IMG/VR virus record: IMGVR_UViG_3300007775_000001
Span: 32,001 to 96,000 of that record
Source: a virus
Direction: 5' to 3' (one strand)
DNA: 64,000 nucleotides
The first letter of the stretch is position 1; the number at the start of each line of letters is the position of its first letter. Position numbers and translations under genes: made by a program. A model generated the notes under the pieces. The model saw only the letters and a list, made by a program, of their open reading frames with translations. It did not search any database and was not told where the DNA came from. Shown one piece after another: positions 7,027-16,611 of this stretch.

Positions 7027-10000
7027 ATGTTTGTGCATCTGCACAACCATACCGAATTCAGCATTGCAGACGGCTTGTTCGCCCCGAAAAAATGGGTCGA
7101 AGCTATTGCAGATGCCGGGTTCAAGGGACATGCTCTGACAGACCACGGGAACGTGGGTGGTCATCTTCCGTTCTACAAGGCCATGAAGGACAAGAAACTC
7201 ACGCCGCTCCTTGGGTGTGAGTTTTATTTTGTGGATGACCCGTTAGAGAAGATCGTCGAGAACAGGCGGTCGAGTCATCTGATCCTTTTGGCGCAGAACT
7301 ACGATGGATACCGAAATCTGCTGAAGCTGCAAGCCTTGTCTTACGAGGAGGGATTTTATTTTCGGCCACGAATCGGGCTCAAGTGGTTGAAGGAATACCA
7401 CGAGGGATTGGTTTGCTTGACGGCATGCCTGGGTGGTGTGCTAAGCACCGAAGTCTGGCGCGAATTTGCTGCGAATGACGCGGGGACGATGTACAAGGGT
7501 CTTGAAGATCGCTTCAGGCTCTTGTACTCCATTTTCAGTGACGATCTGTACGTTGAGTTTCAGGGACATGAACTTGACGAGCAGGTTCGGATTCAAACAG
7601 AGTTCTACAATCGGTTGCGCAACCTGCCTGGGTTCCAGCACGTCATTACAAACGACTGTCACTACATCCTGCCTGAGCATGCACCAATTCAGACCATGCT
7701 CAAGGACTCTGCTTACAAGAAGCAGAACACCGAAGCTGGTCAGAGCTATACGACTACCGATAGTCTATGGCTGAAGCCGCCGCTGGAAGTTCTGAAATCG
7801 TTCCTCAGAAAGCATACCTACATGCCGAAGGAATTTGTTCTTGATGGTATGCGACGTACAGAAGAGGTGTTCGACAAGTGCTCGAAATTGGAATTGCCTT
7901 CTGGACAGCGATATCTTCCACGATACAGGACAGAGATCGATTCGAAGGAGCACTTCAAGGCTCTCACCGTTGGTCGGTTGCGAGAGTTCTTGAAGTCGGA
8001 CTTGCTCAGGGCTCCCCGACAAGACTACATTGACCGGTTCGCCAAGGAGTACAAGACGATCAGCAAGTACGATCTGGAAGATTACTTCCTGATCGTATGG
8101 GATATCGTCAGATTCGCTCAGGAACGCGGAATCTACACGGGTTTGGGCCGGGGGAGTGCAGCGGGTAGCCTGATCAGTTATCTCCTTGGGATCGTGCGTA
8201 TAGACCCACTAGAGCATGGTCTTTTCTTCGAGCGGTTCCTGAACGAGAATCGTTGTGAGAATGGGGAGCTTCCAGACATCGATCTGGATTTCGAATCGAG
8301 TCGTCGCGAGGAAGTGAAGGAGTATATCTACCAGACCTACGGTCATGACAAGGTCTGTGAGATCGGAACCTACGGTCGGATGAAGCTGAAGACCGGGATC
8401 ATCGATTTTGGGACGATGCTTGGTGTGAGCGACCGGTCAAGTTTGCTCAAGATTACTACTGCCCTGGAGCTTGATCGGGCACACGCTGACAATCTTGATG
8501 AGGCTATGGCGGTTGATCCGGCTCTTCAGAATCTCGTGGAAAAGAATCCTCAGTTTGGATTTTCGATTCGGGAGTTGTTGGGGCAGATCAAAAGCCAAGG
8601 CGTTCACCCAGCCGGGGTGCTCATCGCCAATCAACCCATTGATGAAATTGCGGCTGTCAAGACACAGCGCGCCAAAGATAGTGGCGAGAAGGAGCGGATT
8701 AGGGTCACTCAGTCGGAAGACAAGTACCTCATCGCTCAGGGTCTTGTGAAGATGGATGTACTTGGGATCAAGGAGTACGATCAGCTTCGCTACGTGGTTG
8801 AGAACGCTCCAGACAAGCCGTTCACAATGGAGAACTATGTTGAACGGATCATGGATGACGAGCGCGACTACCAAGCTGCCAAAGCTCGTGGCGTGGATGT
8901 GGAGCGCAAGTATCCCATCCAGACAAAGGTCTGGGAGATGTTCTCCTCCGGTCAGACGGACGGTGTGTTTCAGTTTGCATCCGACGGAATGCGAGAGCTA
9001 CTGAGATTGATGGAAGCCAATACACTGAACGATCTGATTGCCGCGAATGCTCTGTATCGACCTGGATGCCTTGAGAACGGATGGCATACCCTGTACTGCA
9101 AGCGCAAAAGCGGTGAAGAAGCAGTGGCATACGTGCATCCAGACTTGAAGCAAGCCTTGGGGTCTACCTATGGTGTGATCGTGTTCCAAGAGCAGTTCAT
9201 GGAAGCGATTCACAAGCTTGGTAGCATCCCTTTGGTTGATGCCGACACAATCCGGAGTGCGTTGGGCAAGAAGGATAAAGACAAGCTCGCAAAATTCAAA
9301 GGTCAGTTTGTGAGTGGCGCGGAGTCCAAGATTGGGAAGAGTGAGGCGGAAGAGGTGTGGGATCAGATCGAGAAGGCGTCTGGGTATACCTTCAACCGGT
9401 CTCACTCCGCCGCCTATTCAACGCTGGCGTACCTGTCACAATATATGAAGGTGAGGTATCCAGGACTGTACTGGGCGGCTCAGCTTCATTGGGATACGGC
9501 CAAGAACAAGCATGACGAGGTACTTCTTGATAGGCGTGCTGCACAGGACATGGGGATCGAGTTCAAGCTTCCGTCCATCAACACATCGAAGTCCAGTTTC
9601 TACGTAGAAACTGCGAGCGGTAAGATCGTCTGGTCGCTGATTGGTGTGAAGGGGGTGGCGGAAAATACCGCCAAGGAGATTGAGGCCCATCAACCGTTCT
9701 CGTCATTTGAAGACTTTCAGAAACGAGTCAACAAGTCCAAGGTACGCTGGAATCACATGGTTTCGCTGGCGTACGCGGGACTCTTTGATGAGTTCGGTGA
9801 CCGGCGAGAGATCGTCAAGCTTATTCATGAGCAGAAGAAGAAGCCCGTCCCTAGCTTGTCTGAACAGGACATGATCTTTGCGTACTATGAGCAGATGGGT
9901 TTCTTCGAACGCAAGCTGAAGAGGGTGTTCAGCGGGTTTGATTCGGAGACGGTAACAGAACGTGATCTGGTGTCTCATCTGAATGGCGCGGATATGTCTG

Positions 10001-10242
10001 TTGGAGGGATGATCACAGCCGTCAAACGCATCACGACAAAGAATGGTGATCGGATGGGATTTTTGACCCTGTCCGATCTGGACGAGAGTATTGATGTTAC
10101 GGTGTTTCCTGATCAATGGTCGAAGCATGTGACTGATCTGAAGGTCGGGAACATCGTTGAAATCTGGGGACAGAAGAACAATTACCGTGGCTCTGAACGC
10201 ACATTGGAGCTTAGAGACCTCAAGGTGATCAACACGAGATAG
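7027..10242 (+). CDS. dnaE: DNA polymerase III alpha subunit (DnaE-type)
   Basis: PHP HLHNHTEFS; GRGSAAGS; PDIDLDF; YTFNRSHS; C-terminal OB fold; GAGGA RBS supports ATG 7027. Confidence 0.97.
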   Translation: MFVHLHNHTEFSIADGLFAPKKWVEAIADAGFKGHALTDHGNVGGHLPFYKAMKDKKLTPLLGCEFYFVDDPLEKIVENRRSSHLILLAQNYDGYRNLLKLQALSYEEGFYFRPRIGLKWLKEYHEGLVCLTACLGGVLSTEVWREFAANDAGTMYKGLEDRFRLLYSIFSDDLYVEFQGHELDEQVRIQTEFYNRLRNLPGFQHVITNDCHYILPEHAPIQTMLKDSAYKKQNTEAGQSYTTTDSLWLKPPLEVLKSFLRKHTYMPKEFVLDGMRRTEEVFDKCSKLELPSGQRYLPRYRTEIDSKEHFKALTVGRLREFLKSDLLRAPRQDYIDRFAKEYKTISKYDLEDYFLIVWDIVRFAQERGIYTGLGRGSAAGSLISYLLGIVRIDPLEHGLFFERFLNENRCENGELPDIDLDFESSRREEVKEYIYQTYGHDKVCEIGTYGRMKLKTGIIDFGTMLGVSDRSSLLKITTALELDRAHADNLDEAMAVDPALQNLVEKNPQFGFSIRELLGQIKSQGVHPAGVLIANQPIDEIAAVKTQRAKDSGEKERIRVTQSEDKYLIAQGLVKMDVLGIKEYDQLRYVVENAPDKPFTMENYVERIMDDERDYQAAKARGVDVERKYPIQTKVWEMFSSGQTDGVFQFASDGMRELLRLMEANTLNDLIAANALYRPGCLENGWHTLYCKRKSGEEAVAYVHPDLKQALGSTYGVIVFQEQFMEAIHKLGSIPLVDADTIRSALGKKDKDKLAKFKGQFVSGAESKIGKSEAEEVWDQIEKASGYTFNRSHSAAYSTLAYLSQYMKVRYPGLYWAAQLHWDTAKNKHDEVLLDRRAAQDMGIEFKLPSINTSKSSFYVETASGKIVWSLIGVKGVAENTAKEIEAHQPFSSFEDFQKRVNKSKVRWNHMVSLAYAGLFDEFGDRREIVKLIHEQKKKPVPSLSEQDMIFAYYEQMGFFERKLKRVFSGFDSETVTERDLVSHLNGADMSVGGMITAVKRITTKNGDRMGFLTLSDLDESIDVTVFPDQWSKHVTDLKVGNIVEIWGQKNNYRGSERTLELRDLKVINTR
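9594..9613. repeat. dispersed palindrome copy 1 (inside dnaE)
   Basis: CAGTTTCTACGTAGAAACTG, perfect 20-bp palindrome. Confidence 0.9.
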
Positions 10243-10255
10243 GTTGACAAAGCAA

Positions 10256-10720
10256 ATGGCCGAGAGTACAACTGATGTCAGCATCGAGATCGATGAGTTG
10301 GTTTCTGACCCCATCAAACTGAAAGTCAGAGAAGCTCTTCACATTTCTGAAGACATCGATCACGAGATAGACAAAGCAGCCGGTGATTACGGCTACTATG
10401 CCGTGCTTGCGGAGAAAGCAAACTCGAAGCTTCAGCGAATTGAGTATGGCTATATCCAGTGGCGCGGTACTGCTGAACACAGCAAGCAAAGAGAGAGGGA
10501 AGCACAACGATTGAAGCCTTTGACCAAAGAGCAGATGGTTTCCTACATCCACTCTCTCCCACGATATGCAGCGTTTAGGTTGACACTCGTGAAGCTCACT
10601 GAGCAAGCAGGCTCTCTGAGAGCGATTGCAAAAGCCTTCGAGGTGAAGGCTGGATTGGTGCAAACCAAGGCTAGCAATCGCAGGAAGGAGATGGGAATAT
10701 CTAAGCGTCCAGGTGCTTAG
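10256..10720 (+). CDS. UvsY-like helical recombination mediator (putative)
   Basis: Coiled-coil protein of similar size between polymerase and SSB/RecA. Confidence 0.4.
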   Translation: MAESTTDVSIEIDELVSDPIKLKVREALHISEDIDHEIDKAAGDYGYYAVLAEKANSKLQRIEYGYIQWRGTAEHSKQREREAQRLKPLTKEQMVSYIHSLPRYAAFRLTLVKLTEQAGSLRAIAKAFEVKAGLVQTKASNRRKEMGISKRPGA

Positions 10721-10765
10721 ATTGTCAGCGCACTCGTGCGCTCAACTCTAGTTTGTGAGGTCGTG

Positions 10766-11806
10766 ATGGAAGGTCAAGCAAAGCCGGTGGCCGTCAGTGA
10801 AGAACAATTCGCTGAAGACCCTCGTGGTGATGGAGTTGTCGATGAATCCGAAGCTGTGTTCCAGGCTTCGGAAGAAGCGGAAGCTCAGCCAGAAGATCAG
10901 AGCGGTGATGAGGAAGCCGCTGCTTCTGGTGAGGCGGCTCCTTCGGAAGATGCTGCTGTACCGGCAGTGGTGGAACATGCTGTTCCTCCTCAACAGGCTG
11001 AGGCGATGCGTGACCAAGCGCGCAATAGCTATCGGTCTCTTCAGCGTGGCTGGTTCGAGTTCGCCAAATCGATCGCTCAGATCGTGGACACATCGGCGTA
11101 CACAAGCCTGGGCCACGAGTCCTTCAAATCTTTCTGCGAAGCAGAGTACCCGGACATTGCATACTCGACGTTGACCAAGTACGTCGCGGTGGTGCATCAG
11201 TACGGGGAGGAGATCGAAACTCGTCTGTCTGCGAATCCGGAGACGGTCGTTCCCGCTCTGGAGTCCCTGTACCAACTCGCGTCGGCACAGGGCCGGGTGG
11301 AAGAGGGCGACCGCTCCACGGCTCGCAAGCTGAGCAACCTGATCAAGAAGGTGTTCGAGGGCAATCTGTCCTATCACAGCTTGCGTGACAAGCTGGCAGA
11401 ACTTCGCGAAGCCTCGACGGGAACCGATCAAGCTTCTTCGACCGAAGCGGAAGTACACGGGATCGAAGAACAGCTTGCAGGTGAGGTTGTCGATGAAGTG
11501 ATGGCCGAAGGTGAAGAGGTCTCTGCTGTCGAGGAGGGTGCCGTCCCGAATGCGGAGCGGATCGTGAGCATCATCATGTCACAGATCGTGCCGCTGAAGG
11601 ACAACATCGCCATGCTGGAAAATGTCCTGACCACTGACCAGAGTCAGGTCACTGATGAGGTGGTGAGCGGCATTACGGAGATCGAGAATTTCCACAATCG
11701 GGTGAACGACTTCCTCAACGCCATGGAGAGATTGTCCAATGGTGGAGAAGAGCCGTCCGTCGATGCTCCCGTGGAAGTATCTCAGGGTGAAGAGGCAGGC
11801 GAATAG
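10766..11806 (+). CDS. acidic protein with central HTH-like domain
   Basis: YTSLGHESFKSFCEAEY..AYSTLTKY flanked by E-rich regions. Confidence 0.6.
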   Translation: MEGQAKPVAVSEEQFAEDPRGDGVVDESEAVFQASEEAEAQPEDQSGDEEAAASGEAAPSEDAAVPAVVEHAVPPQQAEAMRDQARNSYRSLQRGWFEFAKSIAQIVDTSAYTSLGHESFKSFCEAEYPDIAYSTLTKYVAVVHQYGEEIETRLSANPETVVPALESLYQLASAQGRVEEGDRSTARKLSNLIKKVFEGNLSYHSLRDKLAELREASTGTDQASSTEAEVHGIEEQLAGEVVDEVMAEGEEVSAVEEGAVPNAERIVSIIMSQIVPLKDNIAMLENVLTTDQSQVTDEVVSGITEIENFHNRVNDFLNAMERLSNGGEEPSVDAPVEVSQGEEAGE

Positions 11807-11852
11807 CCTGCCTCCGTGTCGGTAAGCAGTTCTCACCGAAGAGAGATTGGAC

Positions 11853-12788
11853 ATGAGTCTGACTGACAAGCTTCAAGAAGAAGCGAAACGACAGAAGGAA
11901 CGCAAGGCTGAACAAGGCGACTTCGAGAAGGTTGACTGGTTCAAGCCCAAGGATGGTGACAACATCATCCGGATCATGCCTCACTGGAGGATTCCCGAAG
12001 AGCTTTTCTTTGTGTCGGTGATCCTGCACTTCAGTATCGAGGTGCCCAAACAGGACGGATCGGGAACCATCCCCATTCCGGTACGGTGTCCGGCCAATGA
12101 GACACCGGCTCGCAAGTGTCCTATCTGTGAACTGATCGACAAGGCCAACAAGGAGCAGAAGGCGTTCTTCAAGGACGTGCGTCCTGTGGAACGCTACCTG
12201 TACAACGTCTTTGTGGCCGCCGAAGAGAAGATCAAGCCGTATCCGGCTCCTCTCACGGTGCACCAAGGAATCTTCGAATGGATTGAGGAGATTCCGAATC
12301 CGGTCGATCTGGACACGGGACGGGCATGGAAGTTGGTCAAGGAGGTGGACAAGACCAAGAGTGCTGCGTTCGGCACCAAGTACAAGGTGCGGCCAAGCAT
12401 GAATCCGTCTCCATTCCCAAGCAAGTTCCGCGAGCTTGTGCGGGATATGACCGACCTTTCCAAGCTGTATGGTGAAAAGCACGACGACGCTCTTAAGCGT
12501 GTCGCTGTGTCTCTTGCCAAGAAGGCTGGGATGATTGCGGTGAAAGATGATATCCCGTACGAGACAGGCCCGAAGTCAGATGAATTTGCTGAGGCACCCA
12601 AGCAGGCCGCGAGTGCTCCAGCGAAAGATGAGTTCGGTGATGCCGCTCCTGCAAAGGACTCGAAGCCTGAGTTTGCGGATGATTCTCCTTCCGAAGAAAG
12701 TTCTGAAGAACTCTCTCCAGAAGACATGGGTATCCAAAGCAGTGATGCTGAACTGAACGCTGAACTGAAGGCTCTGGGTATCGAGTAG
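11853..12788 (+). CDS. single-stranded DNA-binding protein (gp32-like)
   Basis: WFKPKDGDNIIRIMP, CPICE, RYLYNV, acidic tail. Confidence 0.85.
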   Translation: MSLTDKLQEEAKRQKERKAEQGDFEKVDWFKPKDGDNIIRIMPHWRIPEELFFVSVILHFSIEVPKQDGSGTIPIPVRCPANETPARKCPICELIDKANKEQKAFFKDVRPVERYLYNVFVAAEEKIKPYPAPLTVHQGIFEWIEEIPNPVDLDTGRAWKLVKEVDKTKSAAFGTKYKVRPSMNPSPFPSKFRELVRDMTDLSKLYGEKHDDALKRVAVSLAKKAGMIAVKDDIPYETGPKSDEFAEAPKQAASAPAKDEFGDAAPAKDSKPEFADDSPSEESSEELSPEDMGIQSSDAELNAELKALGIE

Positions 12789-12806
12789 CAACCAAGGAGG
12801 GTTGAC

Positions 12807-13778
12807 ATGGCTGCTGGATTCAAAAGGGGTGGTGCGCAATCTGCCGCTGCCCCTCCCTCTACGGTTGTCAAGCCAGAGGGCTCCCCTGTTTCGAAGTTGG
12901 TCAATTCTGTTGGTCAAGAAGACAAGTTGCTGTCGCTGTTGAAGGAAGACAAGATCGATGATGTGATCTTGCCGGACAGTGACAGCATGAGTCTTCTGGA
13001 GGTCGCGGGATGGGTTCCGATGCCTGAGCCTATCTCGAAGGTGATGGCATGCCCTGGAATCCCTATCGGGCTTGTTACGATGGTGCAAGGCAAGAAGGAT
13101 TCTGGCAAGACCACGTATGCTACAGAGGCTCTTCGCTCTGTTCAAGAGGAGGGCGGCATTGCTGTTCTTCTGGACACAGAGAACAAGTTCAATCTGAAGC
13201 GTGCGGCAATGATGGGGGTGGATGTCAAGCGTCTGCTGATCATCAAGGGTGAGACCATCGAGGACATCTTCGAGAAATTCATCGGATTCCTCAAGCGTCT
13301 CGAATCTGATGACCGCTACAAGCTGTTCCGTTCCAAGAAGATTCTGTTTGTGTGGGACTCTCTTGGAGCGACACCGTCCAAAGCGGAGATGGATGATAAG
13401 ACAACTGACTTTTCGATGACCGCTGCCAAGGTGATCAAGGGATACATGCGCAAGCTGATCACACGGCTTCGCAAGGCCAACGCTGCTTTCTTGATCATCA
13501 ATCAGGTGTATGCGAACATGAACACCTTCGGGAAGAAAACAACTGCGTACGGTGGGTCTGGCCCGGAGTATCACAGTGCTGTCATCCTGGAATGTACCAA
13601 GAAGAGTCGCATTCGACCGAAAGGTGCTAAGAAGGATGCAGAGTTCGCTGGCACTGAAGTCGAGATCGAATGCACCAAGAATCACATCGGTCAACCGTTT
13701 AGGAAGGTCGATGTGCAGATCGATCACAAAGGTTTTGTGATTGGTCGTGAGGTGGAGTACGCTCCAGAACCTGTTTGA
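12807..13778 (+). CDS. recA: RecA/UvsX-like recombinase
   Basis: GKKDSGKTT Walker A; LDTENKF; VWDSLGA; IINQ. Confidence 0.92.
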   Translation: MAAGFKRGGAQSAAAPPSTVVKPEGSPVSKLVNSVGQEDKLLSLLKEDKIDDVILPDSDSMSLLEVAGWVPMPEPISKVMACPGIPIGLVTMVQGKKDSGKTTYATEALRSVQEEGGIAVLLDTENKFNLKRAAMMGVDVKRLLIIKGETIEDIFEKFIGFLKRLESDDRYKLFRSKKILFVWDSLGATPSKAEMDDKTTDFSMTAAKVIKGYMRKLITRLRKANAAFLIINQVYANMNTFGKKTTAYGGSGPEYHSAVILECTKKSRIRPKGAKKDAEFAGTEVEIECTKNHIGQPFRKVDVQIDHKGFVIGREVEYAPEPV

Positions 13779-13790
13779 TCGGGGTCTCTC

Positions 13791-14846
13791 ATGCCAAAAG
13801 CATTGCTGTACTCTGATCTGCACATCAGGCCAGAGCGTCTAGCTGACTGTGATCATGCCCTGACTGTTATCGGACAGGCCGCCAAGGAACATGGTGTCGA
13901 GTACATCATCAACCTGGGTGACACGTTCGATGTTCGGGGCATTGTTCACACGGGCTGTCTGGAGACGTTGCGTAATCACTATCTTCAGTGGGCCAAGGAT
14001 GGTCTGAAGCAGATCATTCTTGTGGGTAACCACGATCAGGAAGACCGCGAAGGTGTGGTTCATCCCATGAGGGTGTTTGCGTCATATCCGGGTTGGGTGG
14101 TTGTTGATCGTCCGATGGTGATCAGACGAGCATCGAATTGGGCGTTCTTCCCCTACATGCACAAAATCACTGAGGCGGATATCGATGCGGTTGTGAGGGC
14201 ACGTAACATCGACTATGCCTTTGTCCATTGGGGAATCAAGGGTGCGAAGCGCAATGACAAGAACGTGGACACGGATGGGGTTCCTCCTGAATGGATTGCC
14301 AAGAAGGTAGGCACGGTATTCAGTGGTCACTACCACTATCGTTCTACATTTGGGATGCATGGGATTCAGTATGTAGGGAGCCCGATCCAACAGGACTTCG
14401 GTGAACGGGATCAAGAGAAGGGGTACATGATCTTCGATGAGGTTGAACGTTCTTCGAGGTTCTATCCCATCATGGGGACACGGAAGCATCATCAGATCGA
14501 GGTGCTGTTTGATCCTGACGGAAATCCAGCCGTCAGTGGCGACATGAGCGACATTCAGAAGGGTGATTTCCTCAAGGCTACTATCAAGGGTGAAGAAGCG
14601 ATTGTGTCTGGGTTTTCAGATGCCGATCTTCGAAAGCTCATTCCCAAAGAGGCGAATCCTGGCAGGCTTCTGATCGAGCGCGACATTAACGATGGATCAT
14701 CTTCCCGGATTGAGTTGACAGGGACAGAGATTCATTCCACACGCACGGTTATGCAGAAGTATGTAGATCACGTTGACACCGATCTTGACAAGGAACGGTT
14801 GTTGAATATGGGATTCGAAATGTTGGAGGGCCTATCTCATGAGTGA
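13791..14846 (+). CDS. SbcD/Mre11-like nuclease (gp47-like)
   Basis: SDLH, GDTFD, GNHD, SGHYH, GSP metallophosphoesterase motifs. Confidence 0.9.
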   Translation: MPKALLYSDLHIRPERLADCDHALTVIGQAAKEHGVEYIINLGDTFDVRGIVHTGCLETLRNHYLQWAKDGLKQIILVGNHDQEDREGVVHPMRVFASYPGWVVVDRPMVIRRASNWAFFPYMHKITEADIDAVVRARNIDYAFVHWGIKGAKRNDKNVDTDGVPPEWIAKKVGTVFSGHYHYRSTFGMHGIQYVGSPIQQDFGERDQEKGYMIFDEVERSSRFYPIMGTRKHHQIEVLFDPDGNPAVSGDMSDIQKGDFLKATIKGEEAIVSGFSDADLRKLIPKEANPGRLLIERDINDGSSSRIELTGTEIHSTRTVMQKYVDHVDTDLDKERLLNMGFEMLEGLSHE

Positions 14847-15090
14847 ACAATTGAAGGCTCCCTGGACTCCAGACGATGTTAGGGCTCTTTTCGATTCTCA
14901 GACGGAAGGAGTATTCCATCCCTACACTTGTCCCAATCGTGGAGATGGAAATCATCGTCATGTTGGGAGAGACCTTGGGATGCTGATTCCGACCATCAAG
15001 GGATGGGTGTGTCTGTTCTGTGATTATACTCAGGATTGGGCTCACACATTCAGCACAGAGGGTCATAGGAAAAATGCCGGTTCTGCGTGA
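14839..15090 (+). CDS. small Cys-rich hypothetical protein
   Basis: HPYTC..GWVCLFCDYTQDWAH. Confidence 0.65.
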   Translation: MSEQLKAPWTPDDVRALFDSQTEGVFHPYTCPNRGDGNHRHVGRDLGMLIPTIKGWVCLFCDYTQDWAHTFSTEGHRKNAGSA

Positions 15091-15385
15091 TTTTGTCTGC
15101 GGGTCATGCGATTACACCAAAGATGACTTCGCTGAGATTGATGATGTACTCGCTTGTCCCAGATGTGGCAAGGAGATGCGTCATGCTTGGTTGTCTGCCC
15201 CCAATTCGAATCAGTTGGGTGCAGAAGGTTCTTCTAGTTCAATCGCTGCCATGCAACAGTCGTTCCGTGAGAGGTTTGTCAAGAAGGAAATGGACGATGT
15301 TCGAAATAAGCATGGGAGCAATTTTGATGAGTCGCTAGTCAGTGCAGAAGCGGCGCGGATCAGAAAGGACAAAGGGCTGTCATGA
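15074..15385 (+). CDS. FmdB-like zinc-ribbon protein
   Basis: MP..DFVCGSC..CPRCG. Confidence 0.7.
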   Translation: MPVLRDFVCGSCDYTKDDFAEIDDVLACPRCGKEMRHAWLSAPNSNQLGAEGSSSSIAAMQQSFRERFVKKEMDDVRNKHGSNFDESLVSAEAARIRKDKGLS

Positions 15386-16182
15386 AACCAAGTCTTCGGA
15401 AGCAGTACGTTGGGAAGGAGTTTTCAGTTCTCGACCATGGTTTTGTGCAACTGGTCGATGTGATGGGGGATGATGGTGCTATCGTTTCTGCTGCTCGTAC
15501 TTCAGTCCACAATGTCAAGACGAGTCGTGATACGCGGGGTTTGATCAACTATCTCATGCGGAACATGCATACGTCTCCGTTCGAGATGGTTGAGTTCAAG
15601 TTTCTCTGCAAGATGCCAATCTTTGTGGCCCGTCAGTGGGTGCGTCATCGGACAGCTTCGATTAATGAGCAGTCTGCTCGCTACGGTGTGATGGACGATG
15701 AGTTCTACATGCCTGAACAGTGGCGTGTGCAATCCAAGAACAACAAGCAGGGATCATCTGAAGAGGTTGTGGATCAGTTCTACACGGGTCGCATCCAGAC
15801 CAGGGCTCAGGAGATCAGGAAGGAAGCGTACGATCACTATCAGAATCAATTGAACATTGGTGTTGCTCGCGAAGAGGCGCGGATCGATCTACCCCTTTCT
15901 CTCTACACCAAGTGGGTGTGGAAGATTGATCTACTGAATCTGTTCCGGTTCTTGAAGCTTCGGATGGACTCACACGCTCAGTACGAGATCAGGGTCTATG
16001 CGAACGCCATGGCAGAGATCGTGCGTGCTTTTGTTCCGATAGCTTGGGATGCGTTTGAGGAGCACTGGCTATACGCCAAGACGCTTTCTCGCAGTGATTA
16101 CGATGCGTTGAAGAAATTCGCTGTGACAGGAAGCCTTCCAGCCGAAGCAATGCGAATCCTTGGGATGCCACTCGCGACATGA
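15382..16182 (+). CDS. thyX: flavin-dependent thymidylate synthase
   Basis: HTSPFE; RQWVRHRTASINEQSARY; HAQYEIR. Confidence 0.96.
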   Translation: MKPSLRKQYVGKEFSVLDHGFVQLVDVMGDDGAIVSAARTSVHNVKTSRDTRGLINYLMRNMHTSPFEMVEFKFLCKMPIFVARQWVRHRTASINEQSARYGVMDDEFYMPEQWRVQSKNNKQGSSEEVVDQFYTGRIQTRAQEIRKEAYDHYQNQLNIGVAREEARIDLPLSLYTKWVWKIDLLNLFRFLKLRMDSHAQYEIRVYANAMAEIVRAFVPIAWDAFEEHWLYAKTLSRSDYDALKKFAVTGSLPAEAMRILGMPLAT

Positions 16183-16610
16183 GCAAGCTGCTTCGATTCA
16201 TTGGTGCATTCATCAGAATGTGGTGGGTGTACCAATGGGTCAACATGGATTCGGTGGTTCCGCGTCACGATTTCGATCCACGGCGCACGCGGATTTATAT
16301 GCTCAGCGTTGCTGGTCAGATCGTTCTTAAGCCTCGTTCTCAGGTTCATCTATCGAAGATGCGTGATCGCTGGGTGAACGAGATGCAGCGGGTGATGGAT
16401 TCGACGGGGTTTCTGATCAGGCGACGGGTATTTTGGGGAAGCAAGTTCGTCTCTCAAAAGCGAGCCTTCTTCATCTTGTTCAGGCGCATCAAGAAGAAGG
16501 AGAAGTGGAGACTGCGGTCGTACCGTGCTACCATGAGAACACGGCTGCGTTCATTCGGATATTGGTTGCTGGACGGGACACCAGAAACGGTTCTTACCTT
16601 CAGAGATTGA
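16179..16610 (+). CDS. basic hypothetical protein
   Basis: Coupled ORF between thyX and sbcC-like gene. Confidence 0.55.
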   Translation: MSKLLRFIGAFIRMWWVYQWVNMDSVVPRHDFDPRRTRIYMLSVAGQIVLKPRSQVHLSKMRDRWVNEMQRVMDSTGFLIRRRVFWGSKFVSQKRAFFILFRRIKKKEKWRLRSYRATMRTRLRSFGYWLLDGTPETVLTFRD

Positions 16611-16611
16611 C

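Noticed and set aside
7027-10242. Inteins or introns in dnaE, recA or terL
   Set aside because: Lengths are ordinary and motifs contiguous; no splice-junction or homing-endonuclease motifs seen.
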